Positions 1 to 9,796 of a DNA stretch of 64,000 bases are shown piece by piece (positions within the stretch are counted from its first letter, which is position 1; each line of letters starts with the position of its first letter). The stretch covers positions 24,348 through 88,347 of the IMG/VR virus record IMGVR_UViG_3300044827_000008; one strand, written 5' to 3'. The position numbers were made by a program, and so were the translations under genes. The stretch is from a virus. The notes below the pieces were generated by a model. The model saw only the letters and a program-made list of their open reading frames with translations. It had not been told where the DNA came from and did no database searches.

Positions 1-290
1 CGCACCCGTGCACCACAGAATCGTCGTCGGGTCATCGGCTATCTTCTGCCGCGCGTTGTAGTTGTTCAACTCGACAGCGTTCTTCTGCTGGTACACCTGA
101 TTGTGGGCCGCCTTGTCGAGCGCGGCTTGCTGAGCCGCGTTGTTGCCCCCACCGTTGTTCGTCTCGAAACATCCGGCGAGCAAAGTCACACCGATCACCG
201 CCAACAGGGCGATGAATCCATTCTTCCAACTCGCAAGCTTCATGCTTTTCCTCCCTGGAAATAAGGGCCAACCTGCCCCAAGGTGCCGTA

Positions 291-3200
291 TCACTTGAAC
301 GGCTCATTCAAAACAGCGATCCTCAGCGCGGCAAACTTCTCCGCAACGATGAGGGAATCTTTCTCGCATCGTTCGATCGAGCGAAGCCACTCGAACGGAT
401 TCTTCGCCATGCCCGATGCGGCGTAGTCAGCCGAGAGCACAGACACGGCTTCGCTCAGATCGAGCGAGGCACGTCGAAGGGATTCGGACAGCGCATCGAA
501 GTCGGCTGCCTTCTGCTCGGGCGTGCGATCGTCACCCACTAAACCACTCCTCTTCCCATCCGGCACGAAGTTGCTCGGCCAACTTGCGGAACACCTGCCG
601 CGCGCCCTGGTAGTGTTCGGCTACCGGCTCGAAGTAGAGCGCGAGGATGGGTCGCCCATGCACGAAGACAAGCTCGTCGGCCTTCTCATGCTTCTCCATC
701 CACCTGCGCGCGATCGCGTGATCCTGCGGCGCGTTGTACTGAACTTCGCCGGGCCACGGTATCTCGGCATCGAGAGCCTCGCGCGCAATACGATCGATCT
801 CCATGAAAACCTTGCTCGGCTCGTGGTAACCGGTGCGCGTGATGCGCTCCATATCCACGATTTTCGTCAACGCCATCGCGAGACGGTCCGCTCTGTTCAT
901 CCGTACGTCTCGTCATTACTTCGCTTACGCGGCAATAGCGCCATCGAGCCGAGTGTTCGCATCCAAGCATCAACATCGGGATCATGCAATAGTGAATCGA
1001 ACGCCTCACGGTCGAACGGATGACCATCAGCACTCATGTACTCCTGTGCATGGATGAGAGCCGAAGCTACCTTGATCGCCACATCGACGGTCGGCTGAAT
1101 TTCACTCACGAGCCGAACCCTGCACGCTTCGCGAACCTACGCGCGCGCTTCTCTTCGGCCTTACTCTTTCGCGTCGCATCCTGCGGCGTGATCTCTTCCT
1201 CGTCCCGCTCGTCGGCCCACCTGTAACCGTCCGGTAGTACAAACGGTTTGTAATCGTCCGGTGACTTCTCTTCGGCCATCAAAGTGCCACTACGTGCGGA
1301 ATGTGAACAACGCCCTCTTCACCCCTATGCTCGCCGCCAGTGACGACATGAACACGGGTGTGATAGCCGCCGGGGTGGCGCTCCTCATCGCAGTACCCAC
1401 AGCCCCAAACATAGGGCGAGCCGTGTGGACCGTCATCGACGAACTGAATCTTCGAGGAGGAGCGCCGCGCCTGCATGCGCGTGAGCGGGATGGCAACTCC
1501 ACGATCCCAGTAACAGCGACCGCAGACAAGAATCTTCGCGACAACGCCCTCAGCTTCCTTCATTTCCCGGCCTCCTGCCATTCACGTACCGTCCATGATC
1601 CAAGGCCAAAGCCAACAGTTCCAGCAATGACGGCAAGCACAATCGACTGCAACGCTAGCGGATTGTCTACATATAGATTCACGCCAGTGATAAACCACAT
1701 CCCCATGATGTAGCCACCGACCATCTGCCACCGTCGCGGAGTCATCGTGGTTCGCCGCCCGCATCTTTGCGCGACTTACGATAGCCACCGTCAAAATCCT
1801 TCGGTCGAGCAAGGATATTCGCAGCTTGCTTCTCGGCTCGCGCTTCGAGCAACTTCTCGCGAATACGGTCACGCTCCAGCGCAAGCTGCAAAACGTTCGA
1901 GGCCATGGGGTGGAACTCCAACGTCCGCGACCCCGATATGTGGAGCGCGTTCTCTTCGGGTGTGAATCGAATTTCGATCTCCGTACTGTCACCCATGTGG
2001 AACGTGATTTTGTCGCCGCGCGGAATCTCGATCGCCCGTTGCCAGTCACCATACGAGATACCGCCCGCCGGAAGGTCCTCGAACTGATCCATCACATGGC
2101 CCAATTCCGCAAATCGCTCCTCAGCCCGCTTGGCTGCGCTTTCTGCGTGTCGAATCCGGTCCTGCGCCCACACCGGAAGCTTGGCGATCTGCTCGGGCGT
2201 CGCATTCACGACGCGCGCGCGGCTCACTCGACCTCTGTCACCTCGATCGAATTCACGGTGATTCCGTACTGGGGCAGCGTCTCGAAGCTCGCGCCATCGA
2301 ACTCGCCGTTGACGTAGTCGCGGACATCGTTCTTCACGACCTCAGCATCAACCGGAAGCTCGTCGTCGTCCGTCTCGATCTCCATCTCGACGTGGAACTT
2401 GCTCATAGCCCGTTGAAGAGAATGCCGAGGGCCACTCGAAGAACCGCCAGCAAGGCGACGATGATCGTCAACCCTACCAAGAGGCCACAACCGATGACGA
2501 AAAGTCCGACCACGACGCTCACGCCGGTCGGCGGCTTCTCCGTCTTCCCGATCCCTTCGTTCATGCTTCTAAGCATAGCGGGCCTGGGGGCAATCACACG
2601 CCTGACCGTCAATCCCACCAGACCTTGCCGCAATCGAGGCAGAGCTTCCGTTCCTGATTCCCCTCGAACCATGTGCTCGACGTGCGACTGTGCTTGCACT
2701 TAAGCTGCGCCGCCTTCACCTTGTCGAGGCGCTCGGCCTCGTCGGCAGCCCGGATAACAGCCCTGCCAAATGCGCGGGCATAGGACGGCGTTACCGTGCC
2801 GATCGACTTCCAGCCCACACCGTGCGGGCCGTGGAACGGTTCGTCCACGTGAACAATGCGACGCCGCTTAATTGCGTGCGCGAAACTCTCGCCCATCAGT
2901 CCCCCTCGCGCTGAATCGCCCGGCGACCTTCGACCACATAATCGGGATCAGCATCTCCACGGAAGAGGTAATTGAAGTCTCGAACGCGCGCGCGGGTATC
3001 ACGATCAACGATCACGTGAGTCCCCTTCGGAAACTCTTCGGCAATCGCGTTCTCAAGCCACAAGATCGCGAGCGTGCTCGAAGAGTGCTGGGCATTCTGA
3101 ATGGTCCGACCACGATAAAGCTCATCATCCCACGCCCCCGTCCAATATCCGGTTTTCGAGTCCCATATCGGATTGTCCTCCTCCGTGAGGCGGCAATACC

Positions 3201-5517
3201 AGTGATGGTAATACTTCACAACCGAGACGCGGACCTCGCGTCGCTTTCGACCAGGGAACATGCGAACGTGCGGCTGAGGAATGTCGGCAAGGTAGCCGCC
3301 GAAACGAAGTCCGGCGTGCGACGTGGGCCTCATGCCTTCGCTTTGACCGCGCGCCTTGCGAGAATACGCTGACACGCTAGACAATCATCCCGTGACGACT
3401 TCGCGTTGAGTGGAGCGAGTGTATCGCCCGCGAACATCCACTTACGACACAAGCTGATGATCTCGCCCTCGTCATATGCATGCGCCTTGCGACTGTTGTA
3501 TGGGAATCGCCACCCGGCAGCGAGCCTTACGGCTTTCGCCACGTGTGCCCCTTTCCGCTCCAATGCGAGCAGTGAACATGCGCGCGCATCCGCGTAGCCC
3601 GCTCCGTGCCACCCACACCGTCCGGCTGGTCGTAATCCTTGATCTCCCACTCCACGTCGAAGACCTCGAACGTCTCGCGCTTGCCGCCCAGGTTGAAGGC
3701 GACCAATTCACCGATGCGCGGAACGGGCGCGGCCTCGTGCACGATAGTGATCGTGCTCGCTTCTCCATCCACCCCATCGTCGGCGGTGAACTGAATCTCG
3801 AAGCTCATCGACCGAGAGTCCCAATAACTTGCACGGCGAACCAGACCAGGGCCACCCATAGGTACGCGATGCCTATGCACAGTCCCGCATAGTAAATCGG
3901 CTCCTCCGACACGAGCCTGACAAATCGCTTCATCGCGAGAGGACCGAGACATCTGGCCGACGGGACTCGTCGGAAAGGCAGCCAGCCCTTGCTACAGCGT
4001 CCATGCTCAGCCCTCTCGCGATGTGCTTCATGACTTAATCCTCACTCCCTTTGCCTTGGCGATAGCCTCGCGATCGCCGGAGCGCATGGCAGCGGGCCGC
4101 TTATGAAGCTCCATGATGACGGCCTCATTGGGGTCGAGGCTCAACGCGCGCGCCACAGTCTCAGCCTCATCGTACGTGTCGTATGGGCCGTACACAGGAT
4201 GCTGCGAAGCCTCGTGTCGCGAGCGGTTCATCTCGACTTCGTCCATCATGCCAACGACGTAGCGCACATTCAGCGAACTCGCGAACGCGTAAAGCATCTC
4301 ACTGATCTCGACGAAGATCGCACCGCGCGGATCGCCATCATCGAAGCCGTACCCACGATTCTGAAACTGATTCGCGAGTTCGTCGATACGAGACTCGACG
4401 CTCAAAGCGGCAGCCCCGTCAGACCGTCGATGACTACGCCAGAGCGGACCACTCGCCGCAGGTGCGGCAGAGCCCCCACGTGAGTGTGGCCTTCATCGGG
4501 CCGCTCACATGCGTAGTCGTCGCACGGATCAGGAGAGTTCGTCCTTTGGATCGAGCCTCCGCTGTCCTCCGGTGCCGTCTTGGGCTTGCCCCTCTCCACG
4601 TCATTCATAATAAGGCCCCCTAGCGGCCCGACTCGCCTGAAGTGAGCGGATGAGGATGACGACGCCGACATACACGAGCACGCCACCCGGCCACGACCAG
4701 CTAGGGGTTAGGAGCACCGTGATCCAGAAAAGTGCCGCGAGGAGGTGCATCGGAAGATAGCGCCATCGATTGACCTCGCGCCAGTTCACGATCCGCATCG
4801 ACCCTGCCACCCACACGCTGTGCATTTGACCGTCTCGCCGCGAGGATCGAACCCCTCATCTTGAACGTCCTCACACGCTGGGCACACCCACCGATGGTAC
4901 TCGCCACCATAATCGGCCACCTCGTCTTCATCGCTGTCGAACGGGATAGGCCGGTCCTCAACCGGCGTGATCAAAATCCTACCATCATCGAGGATCGACC
5001 TCTCCTCGTGGAAGGTGATCGGGTCAGACGGAAACTTCCTAGTCGCGCGGCCCATCATGTTCCATAAGTTCAGACCACCATAACGGCTCAGCGCCCGGCA
5101 GCCGCTCGATGGCCTCTAGGATTGCACCCTGCACGATTCCCTCTCGACCCTCGTCATCCATGACCTCGATCATCAGGGTGTCGCCGCCAATGTTCACGCG
5201 TGTGACCTTGAGAGAGACGCCACGAATTCCATCGACGACCGTCTGTACGCGATCGCCGGGCCGTAGCTGACGCGCCTGCTCTTCGGTCATAGGACGAACC
5301 TCTCACGGCGAATGAAAAGTTCGATGCGCACCATCGCGCGAACAATCCATGGCAGCGCGCGATACTGAGCGCGAGCGCGCTCGTACTCCACTTGCCGTGC
5401 CATAAGACGGTCGGCATAGGTCGGGGGCCGATCATATAGGACAAGCCTACCTAGCTCGGGCACGGTGACCCGTCCTTGGGCCGGGCTTATCTCTACCGGC
5501 TTGTACCGCTCGTCCAT
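291..5517 (-). other. Run of about 20 small, tightly packed hypothetical phage genes (e.g. 291-566, 532-900, 897-1109, 1742-2227, 4028-4405, Zn-ribbon 4786-5058, 5039-5290)
   Basis: Consecutive minus-strand ORFs with ATGA/GTGA start-stop overlaps and GGAG-type RBSs; no recognisable families apart from CxxC motifs and short TM helices. Confidence 0.7.
3805..3933 (-). CDS. Small membrane protein (42 aa, MKRFVRLVSEEPIYYAGLCIGIAYLWVALVWFAVQVIGTLGR)
   Basis: Translated by hand; one hydrophobic helix; its stop overlaps the MSFEIQ start at 3808. Confidence 0.5.
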   Translation of the reverse strand: MKRFVRLVSEEPIYYAGLCIGIAYLWVALVWFAVQVIGTLGR

Positions 5518-5563
5518 TGCTAAAAGCATAGCGGGCGATGCGCATCCGATCGGCCTGATCAAG

Positions 5564-5636
5564 CTCCGGCGGTAGGACTCGAACCCACAATCTAGTGGTT
5601 CAGGGCCACTCGACTTACCAATTCGTCCACACCGGA
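5564..5636 (-). tRNA. tRNA-Gln(CUG), C33, no encoded CCA
   Basis: Cloverleaf: acceptor TCCGGTG/CGCCGGA, G73, anticodon arm AGTGG-CCCTGAA-CCACT, T-loop TTCGAGT. Confidence 0.88.
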
Positions 5637-5650
5637 GCTTGATCGACCGA

Positions 5651-5727
5651 TGGTCAGGTGAGGTGGGAATCGAACCCACTCCTAGCGGGCCACAACCGCC
5701 CGTGCTGCGCCGTCACACTTCTCCCTG
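5651..5727 (-). tRNA. tRNA with His anticodon (GUG) and a bulged acceptor stem
   Basis: CAGGGAG/CTC-A-CCTG acceptor, A73 then CCA, anticodon arm GGCGG-TTGTGGC-CCGCT, T arm GTGGG-TTCGATT-CCCAC. Confidence 0.8.
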
Positions 5728-5732
5728 ATGAT

Positions 5733-5809
5733 TGGTCGGGGACGTGAGGCTCGAACTCACAACCTCGCGGTTCCAGGCCGCGCCATCTGCCCATTGATCT
5801 TAGTCCCCG
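5733..5809 (-). tRNA. tRNA-Pro(UGG), C33
   Basis: Acceptor CGGGGAC/GTCCCCG, A73, CCA; anticodon arm CGCGG-CCTGGAA-CCGCG; T-loop TTCGAGC. Confidence 0.9.
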
Positions 5810-5829
5810 ATCAGTGCCATAACCCCATG

Positions 5830-5902
5830 CTCCGGCGGAAGGTATCGAACCCTCGACCTTCGCGTTAACAGCGCGCCGCTCTACCGACTGAGCTACACCG
5901 GA
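5830..5902 (-). tRNA. tRNA-Asn(GUU)
   Basis: TCCGGTG/CGCCGGA, G73, D arm GCTC-AGTCGGTA-GAGC, anticodon loop CTGTTAA, T-loop TTCGATA. Confidence 0.92.
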
Positions 5903-5910
5903 ACGCGAGG

Positions 5911-6114
5911 TTACGGCTCGGGATGATTCTCGGGTTGTTGAGCCTGCTGCGGTGGCTCGTCGAACACCCTCGCGTTCTTGCGCGAACTGCGAGCCGTCGG
6001 CTCCGGGGCGCTAGTCTCGGGGGGTGCATCGTGACTGAAGGTGCCGTCGGCGCGCTCGTACACGGGACGCCCGCACTTCAGGCACTTGCCATCTTTGGTC
6101 GCTGCGCTCAACAT
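5911..6114 (-). CDS. Small Zn-ribbon protein (MLSAATKDGKCLKCG...), probably leaderless
   Basis: ORF with CxxC...H; ATG lies 7 nt downstream of a TGCTAGAGT extended -10. Confidence 0.55.
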   Translation of the reverse strand: MLSAATKDGKCLKCGRPVYERADGTFSHDAPPETSAPEPTARSSRKNARVFDEPPQQAQQPENHPEP

Positions 6115-6121
6115 GCGAACT

Positions 6122-6130
6122 ACTCTAGCA
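6122..6130 (-). promoter_or_regulatory. Extended -10 promoter TGCTAGAGT
   Basis: TGn-TANNNT; identical to copies at 6550 and 21489; correct spacing for a leaderless start at 6114. Confidence 0.65.
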
Positions 6131-6379
6131 CGGATCAATGACGTAAAAGAAATCCGGCGAGACGCGCTGAAAGCTTGGGCTTCGACTTCGAGTCGGACCA
6201 CGATGGCAGCGTGTAAACGTTCACGCTAAAACCGGGCTGCGCCTTCGCGAAGAATTTGTTCAGTTGCCTCGCGGTCAGCGGCTCGGAGACGCCATTGGTC
6301 GGATGCCAGAATGCGTACCGTGTCACTCCGATCAGAATACGCGAGGGCGGCGCGTAGCACGCCCCCGCACTGAAGAGGG

Positions 6380-6526
6380 CTACTTACCGAGGACTGACGC
6401 AGCCGCTTCGAAGGCCGGTACGAGGACCCAAAGCGCGAGGCCGACGGCCACGAACTTGATGCTCGACTTGAACGCGGCGTAGACGAACGCTACGAACGCG
6501 GCAACGAGAATAAGAGCAGCAACCAT
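6380..6526 (-). CDS. Small two-helix membrane protein (48 aa)
   Basis: Hand translation MVAALILVAAFVAFVYAAFKSSIKFVAVGLALWVLVPAFEAAASVLGK; strong SD AGGAGGTGATC; own promoter at 6550-6558. Confidence 0.7.
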   Translation of the reverse strand: MVAALILVAAFVAFVYAAFKSSIKFVAVGLALWVLVPAFEAAASVLGK

Positions 6527-6549
6527 GTTGATCACCTCCTATGCCATCG

Positions 6550-6558
6550 ACTCTAGCA
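6550..6558 (-). promoter_or_regulatory. Extended -10 promoter TGCTAGAGT
   Basis: Intergenic, just upstream of the SD of 6380-6526. Confidence 0.6.
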
Positions 6559-6583
6559 TGTTCGCGCTGCTCAGGCCGCCGGG

Positions 6584-6655
6584 CAACGGCGTCGAGAGTC
6601 GGACTCGATTCATACCCGTTTTGGAGACGGGCCGCTTACCCGTAGGCTCGCCGTA
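6584..6655 (-). tRNA. Divergent tRNA-Trp(CCA) or tRNA-like pseudogene
   Basis: Anticodon arm CCCGT-CTCCAAA-ACGGG, T arm TCGAG-TCCGACT-CTCGA, acceptor ACGGCG/CGCCGT; D arm weak, no CCA. Confidence 0.6.
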
Positions 6656-6669
6656 CCGGGCGGGCCGAG

Positions 6670-7038
6670 TTACTGCGCGACTTCGCGCGCGCGCCAGAGT
6701 AAGGCTTGAGCGCGAGAGAGGTAGTGCGGGTGGGTCACACGAGCCTCAAGCATGATGTCGGTCGCGGCCTGATCAAGCCAATGCGCCGCCTCGTGTAAGT
6801 GGCGCTGCTCCGGAGCCTCAGCGGGCATCCCCGCATCCTTCCCCTCGCGTTGATTTTTCAAAATAGCGCGGGTCACGTAAACCTGCGCCGACTTCACGTC
6901 GCCGGAGTCGATCGCCGCGAGCGCGCCCTGGACGAAATCAACGACCGGCGTCGGTCGCGTCGTATTGATCCCACTATCCCCGAGGCGATGCTTACCCGGC
7001 TCGTCACCGGGTAGGAATTTGACCGACTGCATTGTCAT
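6670..7038 (-). CDS. Hypothetical protein
   Basis: ORF; start overlaps the stop of 7035-7301. Confidence 0.55.
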   Translation of the reverse strand: MTMQSVKFLPGDEPGKHRLGDSGINTTRPTPVVDFVQGALAAIDSGDVKSAQVYVTRAILKNQREGKDAGMPAEAPEQRHLHEAAHWLDQAATDIMLEARVTHPHYLSRAQALLWRAREVAQ

Positions 7039-7301
7039 GACGATCTCAAGCTTACGCGAAACATCGGACGCCACGCGCGTTGATCGTAGTCATAGAACCA
7101 TGCGCCGTCCGGCGAAATGGGGCCGCTGGCGTGATCAACCCGCCCGTACGCTTCAGGTAGCGGCCCCGATTCGATCATAGCGGCCCGCTCCTCACGCTTG
7201 CCCGCCATCCGGCGCTTTACACGTGAGATTGTCTTCGCCTCCTCACGCCGACCCCAAAATCCACCGCCATTCTTCGCGCCTGCATGCTCGGTGCGGATCA
7301 T
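7035..7301 (-). CDS. Hypothetical basic protein (TEHAGAKNGGGFWGRR)
   Basis: ORF with ATGA overlaps at both ends. Confidence 0.55.
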   Translation of the reverse strand: MIRTEHAGAKNGGGFWGRREEAKTISRVKRRMAGKREERAAMIESGPLPEAYGRVDHASGPISPDGAWFYDYDQRAWRPMFRVSLRSS

Positions 7302-7576
7302 GAGACGAGAAGATTGTGCAAGGCCGTTGCGAACGTCAGTCCGGCGACGATCATAGTGACATAAGCGACCACGAACCAGACGCGTAGGCCGAAGCGGGCC
7401 GCGATCATCAGGGTCGCCATCACCATGAGGACCGCGAGCACCTTCACGAGCACGAGCGCGCCGGGCGTCTGTGCAAGTGGGTTCGTCTCGACCGCTCCAC
7501 GCGCGAATCCACGCAGGGTCGTGAGAAGATCAACGCTCTGAGAGCTTACGAGCATGGAGTAGATGAAAACGCGCAT
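7298..7576 (-). CDS. Membrane protein (DUF5658-like D..TT...E.NP motif)
   Basis: DLLTTLRGFARGAVETNPLA followed by TM helices. Confidence 0.6.
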   Translation of the reverse strand: MRVFIYSMLVSSQSVDLLTTLRGFARGAVETNPLAQTPGALVLVKVLAVLMVMATLMIAARFGLRVWFVVAYVTMIVAGLTFATALHNLLVS

Positions 7577-7611
7577 AGTCACGAATCTTACTCGCTGACA
7601 ACTGGCTCCGA

Positions 7612-7660
7612 ACCACTGGTGGAGGCGACAGGCCCTCGACCACTGGTGGAGGCGACAGGC
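7612..7660. repeat. 22-bp direct repeat duplicating the tRNA-Ala 3' end
   Basis: ACCACTGGTGGAGGCGACAGGC at 7612-7633 and 7639-7660, 5-nt spacer. Confidence 0.95.
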
Positions 7661-7719
7661 ATCGAACCTGCGACCCCCTGATTGCAAAACAGGCGCTCTC
7701 CCAACTGAGCTACGCCCCC
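7644..7719 (-). tRNA. tRNA-Ala(UGC)
   Basis: Canonical 76-nt cloverleaf, G3:U70, anticodon loop TTTGCAA, ACCA end. Confidence 0.95.
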
Positions 7720-7743
7720 ACCAAGAGAAACGGGCCATTTTAG

Positions 7744-7817
7744 TTGCGGACGCCGGGACTCGAACCCGGAACCTTGAGGATATGAGCCTCCCGCTCTGCC
7801 GATTGAGCTACGCCGCA
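7744..7817 (-). tRNA. tRNA with CAU anticodon (elongator Met or Ile2) and a bulged acceptor stem
   Basis: TGCGGCG/CG-T-CCGCA acceptor, D arm GCTC-AATCGGCA-GAGC, loop CTCATAT, T arm CCGGG-TTCGAGT-CCCGG; followed by CTA rather than CCA. Confidence 0.85.
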
Positions 7818-8029
7818 ATGTCCAGCATAGCGATGTGGGCCGCTGGGAGGCGATTTGCCTTTCTTTTTCTCGCGGAGGTCCCATATACGCCGGATAGGGG
7901 AAGAAAGTTCGGACAGAAAATCGACCTCCCCGCCCCACAGCGGCCCAAAGCCTCAAATGCGACACGATTTTGGGCCACTCAAAGATGCTTGCGATAATGT
8001 TGGATATTCGTACCATACATGTGTACTAC

Positions 8030-8530
8030 TCTGAGAACCCAAGCCCCTGCACACCCACCCTGAGATCAGAGCCTATAGTGGCCCATGTATGTAGCATGAT
8101 AGTACCCATGTATATATATCTAGGGCATGCCTGTAGAGGGCCTCTGTAGAGGGGGTGCTGTAGGGGGGCCTCTGTAGGGGGCCTCTGCTGCCATGCCGGG
8201 GGGTGTTTCGGGCCACACGCGTATTGAGATGCTCGCGTACAAGCCAGCCAACTAAACCCCCACCCTGAGAACCCCCACCCTGTACAAACAAACTAGCGAA
8301 TTTTCAAAGCTTGCCTCGAAATTTGGACATGCCCAAAAAAGTGCCTAGTCGAAAACCCCCGGATCACTTTATAGGGGGGATCACTTTTTGGAAAGGGAGA
8401 AAAAATCGACTAGCTGGAAACCCCCCGGATCACTTTTCCCTTATGACATCTCACGCGCGGCCAGAAAATTCCAAGCCTGGAATCCATGGAAATCGACCCC
8501 CGAACCCCGCCCCCATGCGCGTATAGGGGA
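8030..8530. repeat. Non-coding repeat-rich island (possible terminus/packaging or control region)
   Basis: CTGTAGRGGG x4 (8131, 8144, 8158, 8172), CCCACCCTGAGA x2, GGATCACTTT x3 (8361, 8378, 8427), A/T and C/G tracts; no credible ORF. Confidence 0.7.
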
Positions 8531-9313
8531 TTGTTCAGGAACGCTTTTTTCGGAGGATGAGATTCGGACTAGCGGTCACGAGCTTCGTCGCAAACTTCGC
8601 GTCTTCCAAGAGGACCCGATCAGGAACTTCGATCACCGTCGGCAGACTGTTTTTACCACTCTGAATCGAGACTCGCCAAAATCGCTCCGACACCGTATCG
8701 CGCGTAGTCACAAACCCTCGATTGTGCCAAATCTCCTCAATGAGAAAATCGGCTTCCGGCAGTCCGGCCTGAATCATCTCGCGGAGCTTCTCGACTCGCG
8801 GAGGAAAATCACTCATCGCACGTGTAGACCCATTTTGTCGAAGACGACAAAGTCGTATTTGAGCAGCCACGCGATCCGATCCTCGCGCCGAAGGTGCGAC
8901 TGATAATCGGTCATGGCGCAGCCGTCGATAAGACGCGCGATGCACTCATCACAATAACCATGATCCGTGTCGATCGGTAGTCCACACTCGCAGTGTCGAT
9001 GAGGCTTTCCATAGAAGGGATTACGTGCACCGCCCGGCCAGACCTTGACGGTCCGCTCGTAGACGCACTTCGAGCGTCCCTTGGCAAGTTGATCGCAACG
9101 GTCCACCCCAGGCCATGCCGCCGGACTACCCCTTCGCTTAGCCTGTCTGAGCCAAACGTCTTGCTCATCAGTGGAAATGCCCAACGAGGTTGCGAGTACC
9201 AGCGCGGCCCGCTGCTGCGGATTCAACCGTTTCAGTTTCAGATTTACCACAATGCGACATCCCAGTCTACGACCATCAACCCACGTATCTCGACGGCCTA
9301 TGATCACGAGCAC

Positions 9314-9796
9314 TCACAACCGCGAACCCTTGCCGTCCAGCGGAACGATTTTGTACTCACGTCGAGGAACCTTCACGCGATCGGTTATCGTGCCGACCCA
9401 CACCTCGTACTGGACCGCGTTCATCGTCTCGAACTCTGCGACCTTATCGAGTGCATCGTCGATGATCGCATCCCTGTCCGTGCCCATGAGCGCGAACCAT
9501 CCGCCGTCAGGACGATTCGACGAGTAGCTGTGCGCGTACCCCGGCAGCATATTCGAGCGAGCGATGACCGCGATGTACGTTACCTTCGGTTCCTCGACCG
9601 GCATCGGATCACTGAGTTTGATCCTTTCCGCACTGCGTCGAAGCGCGTCCCAGTCGAAGATACCCTGTTCCATAGGAACCATCCTACCGACGAATTCGCC
9701 CGCCATCCGCCTGAACCCCAAGAGAACCCCCTCATCGTTTCCGATACGCCTCAGCGGCCCCCTTCGACTCGAAGAGTCCCACTCCCAGTGGCTCAC
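9314..9796 (-). CDS. Hypothetical protein
   Basis: ORF in the minus-strand run; start uncertain. Confidence 0.5.
   Translation of the reverse strand: MSHWEWDSSSRRGPLRRIGNDEGVLLGFRRMAGEFVGRMVPMEQGIFDWDALRRSAERIKLSDPMPVEEPKVTYIAVIARSNMLPGYAHSYSSNRPDGGWFALMGTDRDAIIDDALDKVAEFETMNAVQYEVWVGTITDRVKVPRREYKIVPLDGKGSRL

Noticed and set aside
5564-5636. Suppressor tRNA or stop-codon recoding
   Set aside because: The 7-nt loop places CUG as the anticodon; known genes end normally at TAG, TGA and TAA
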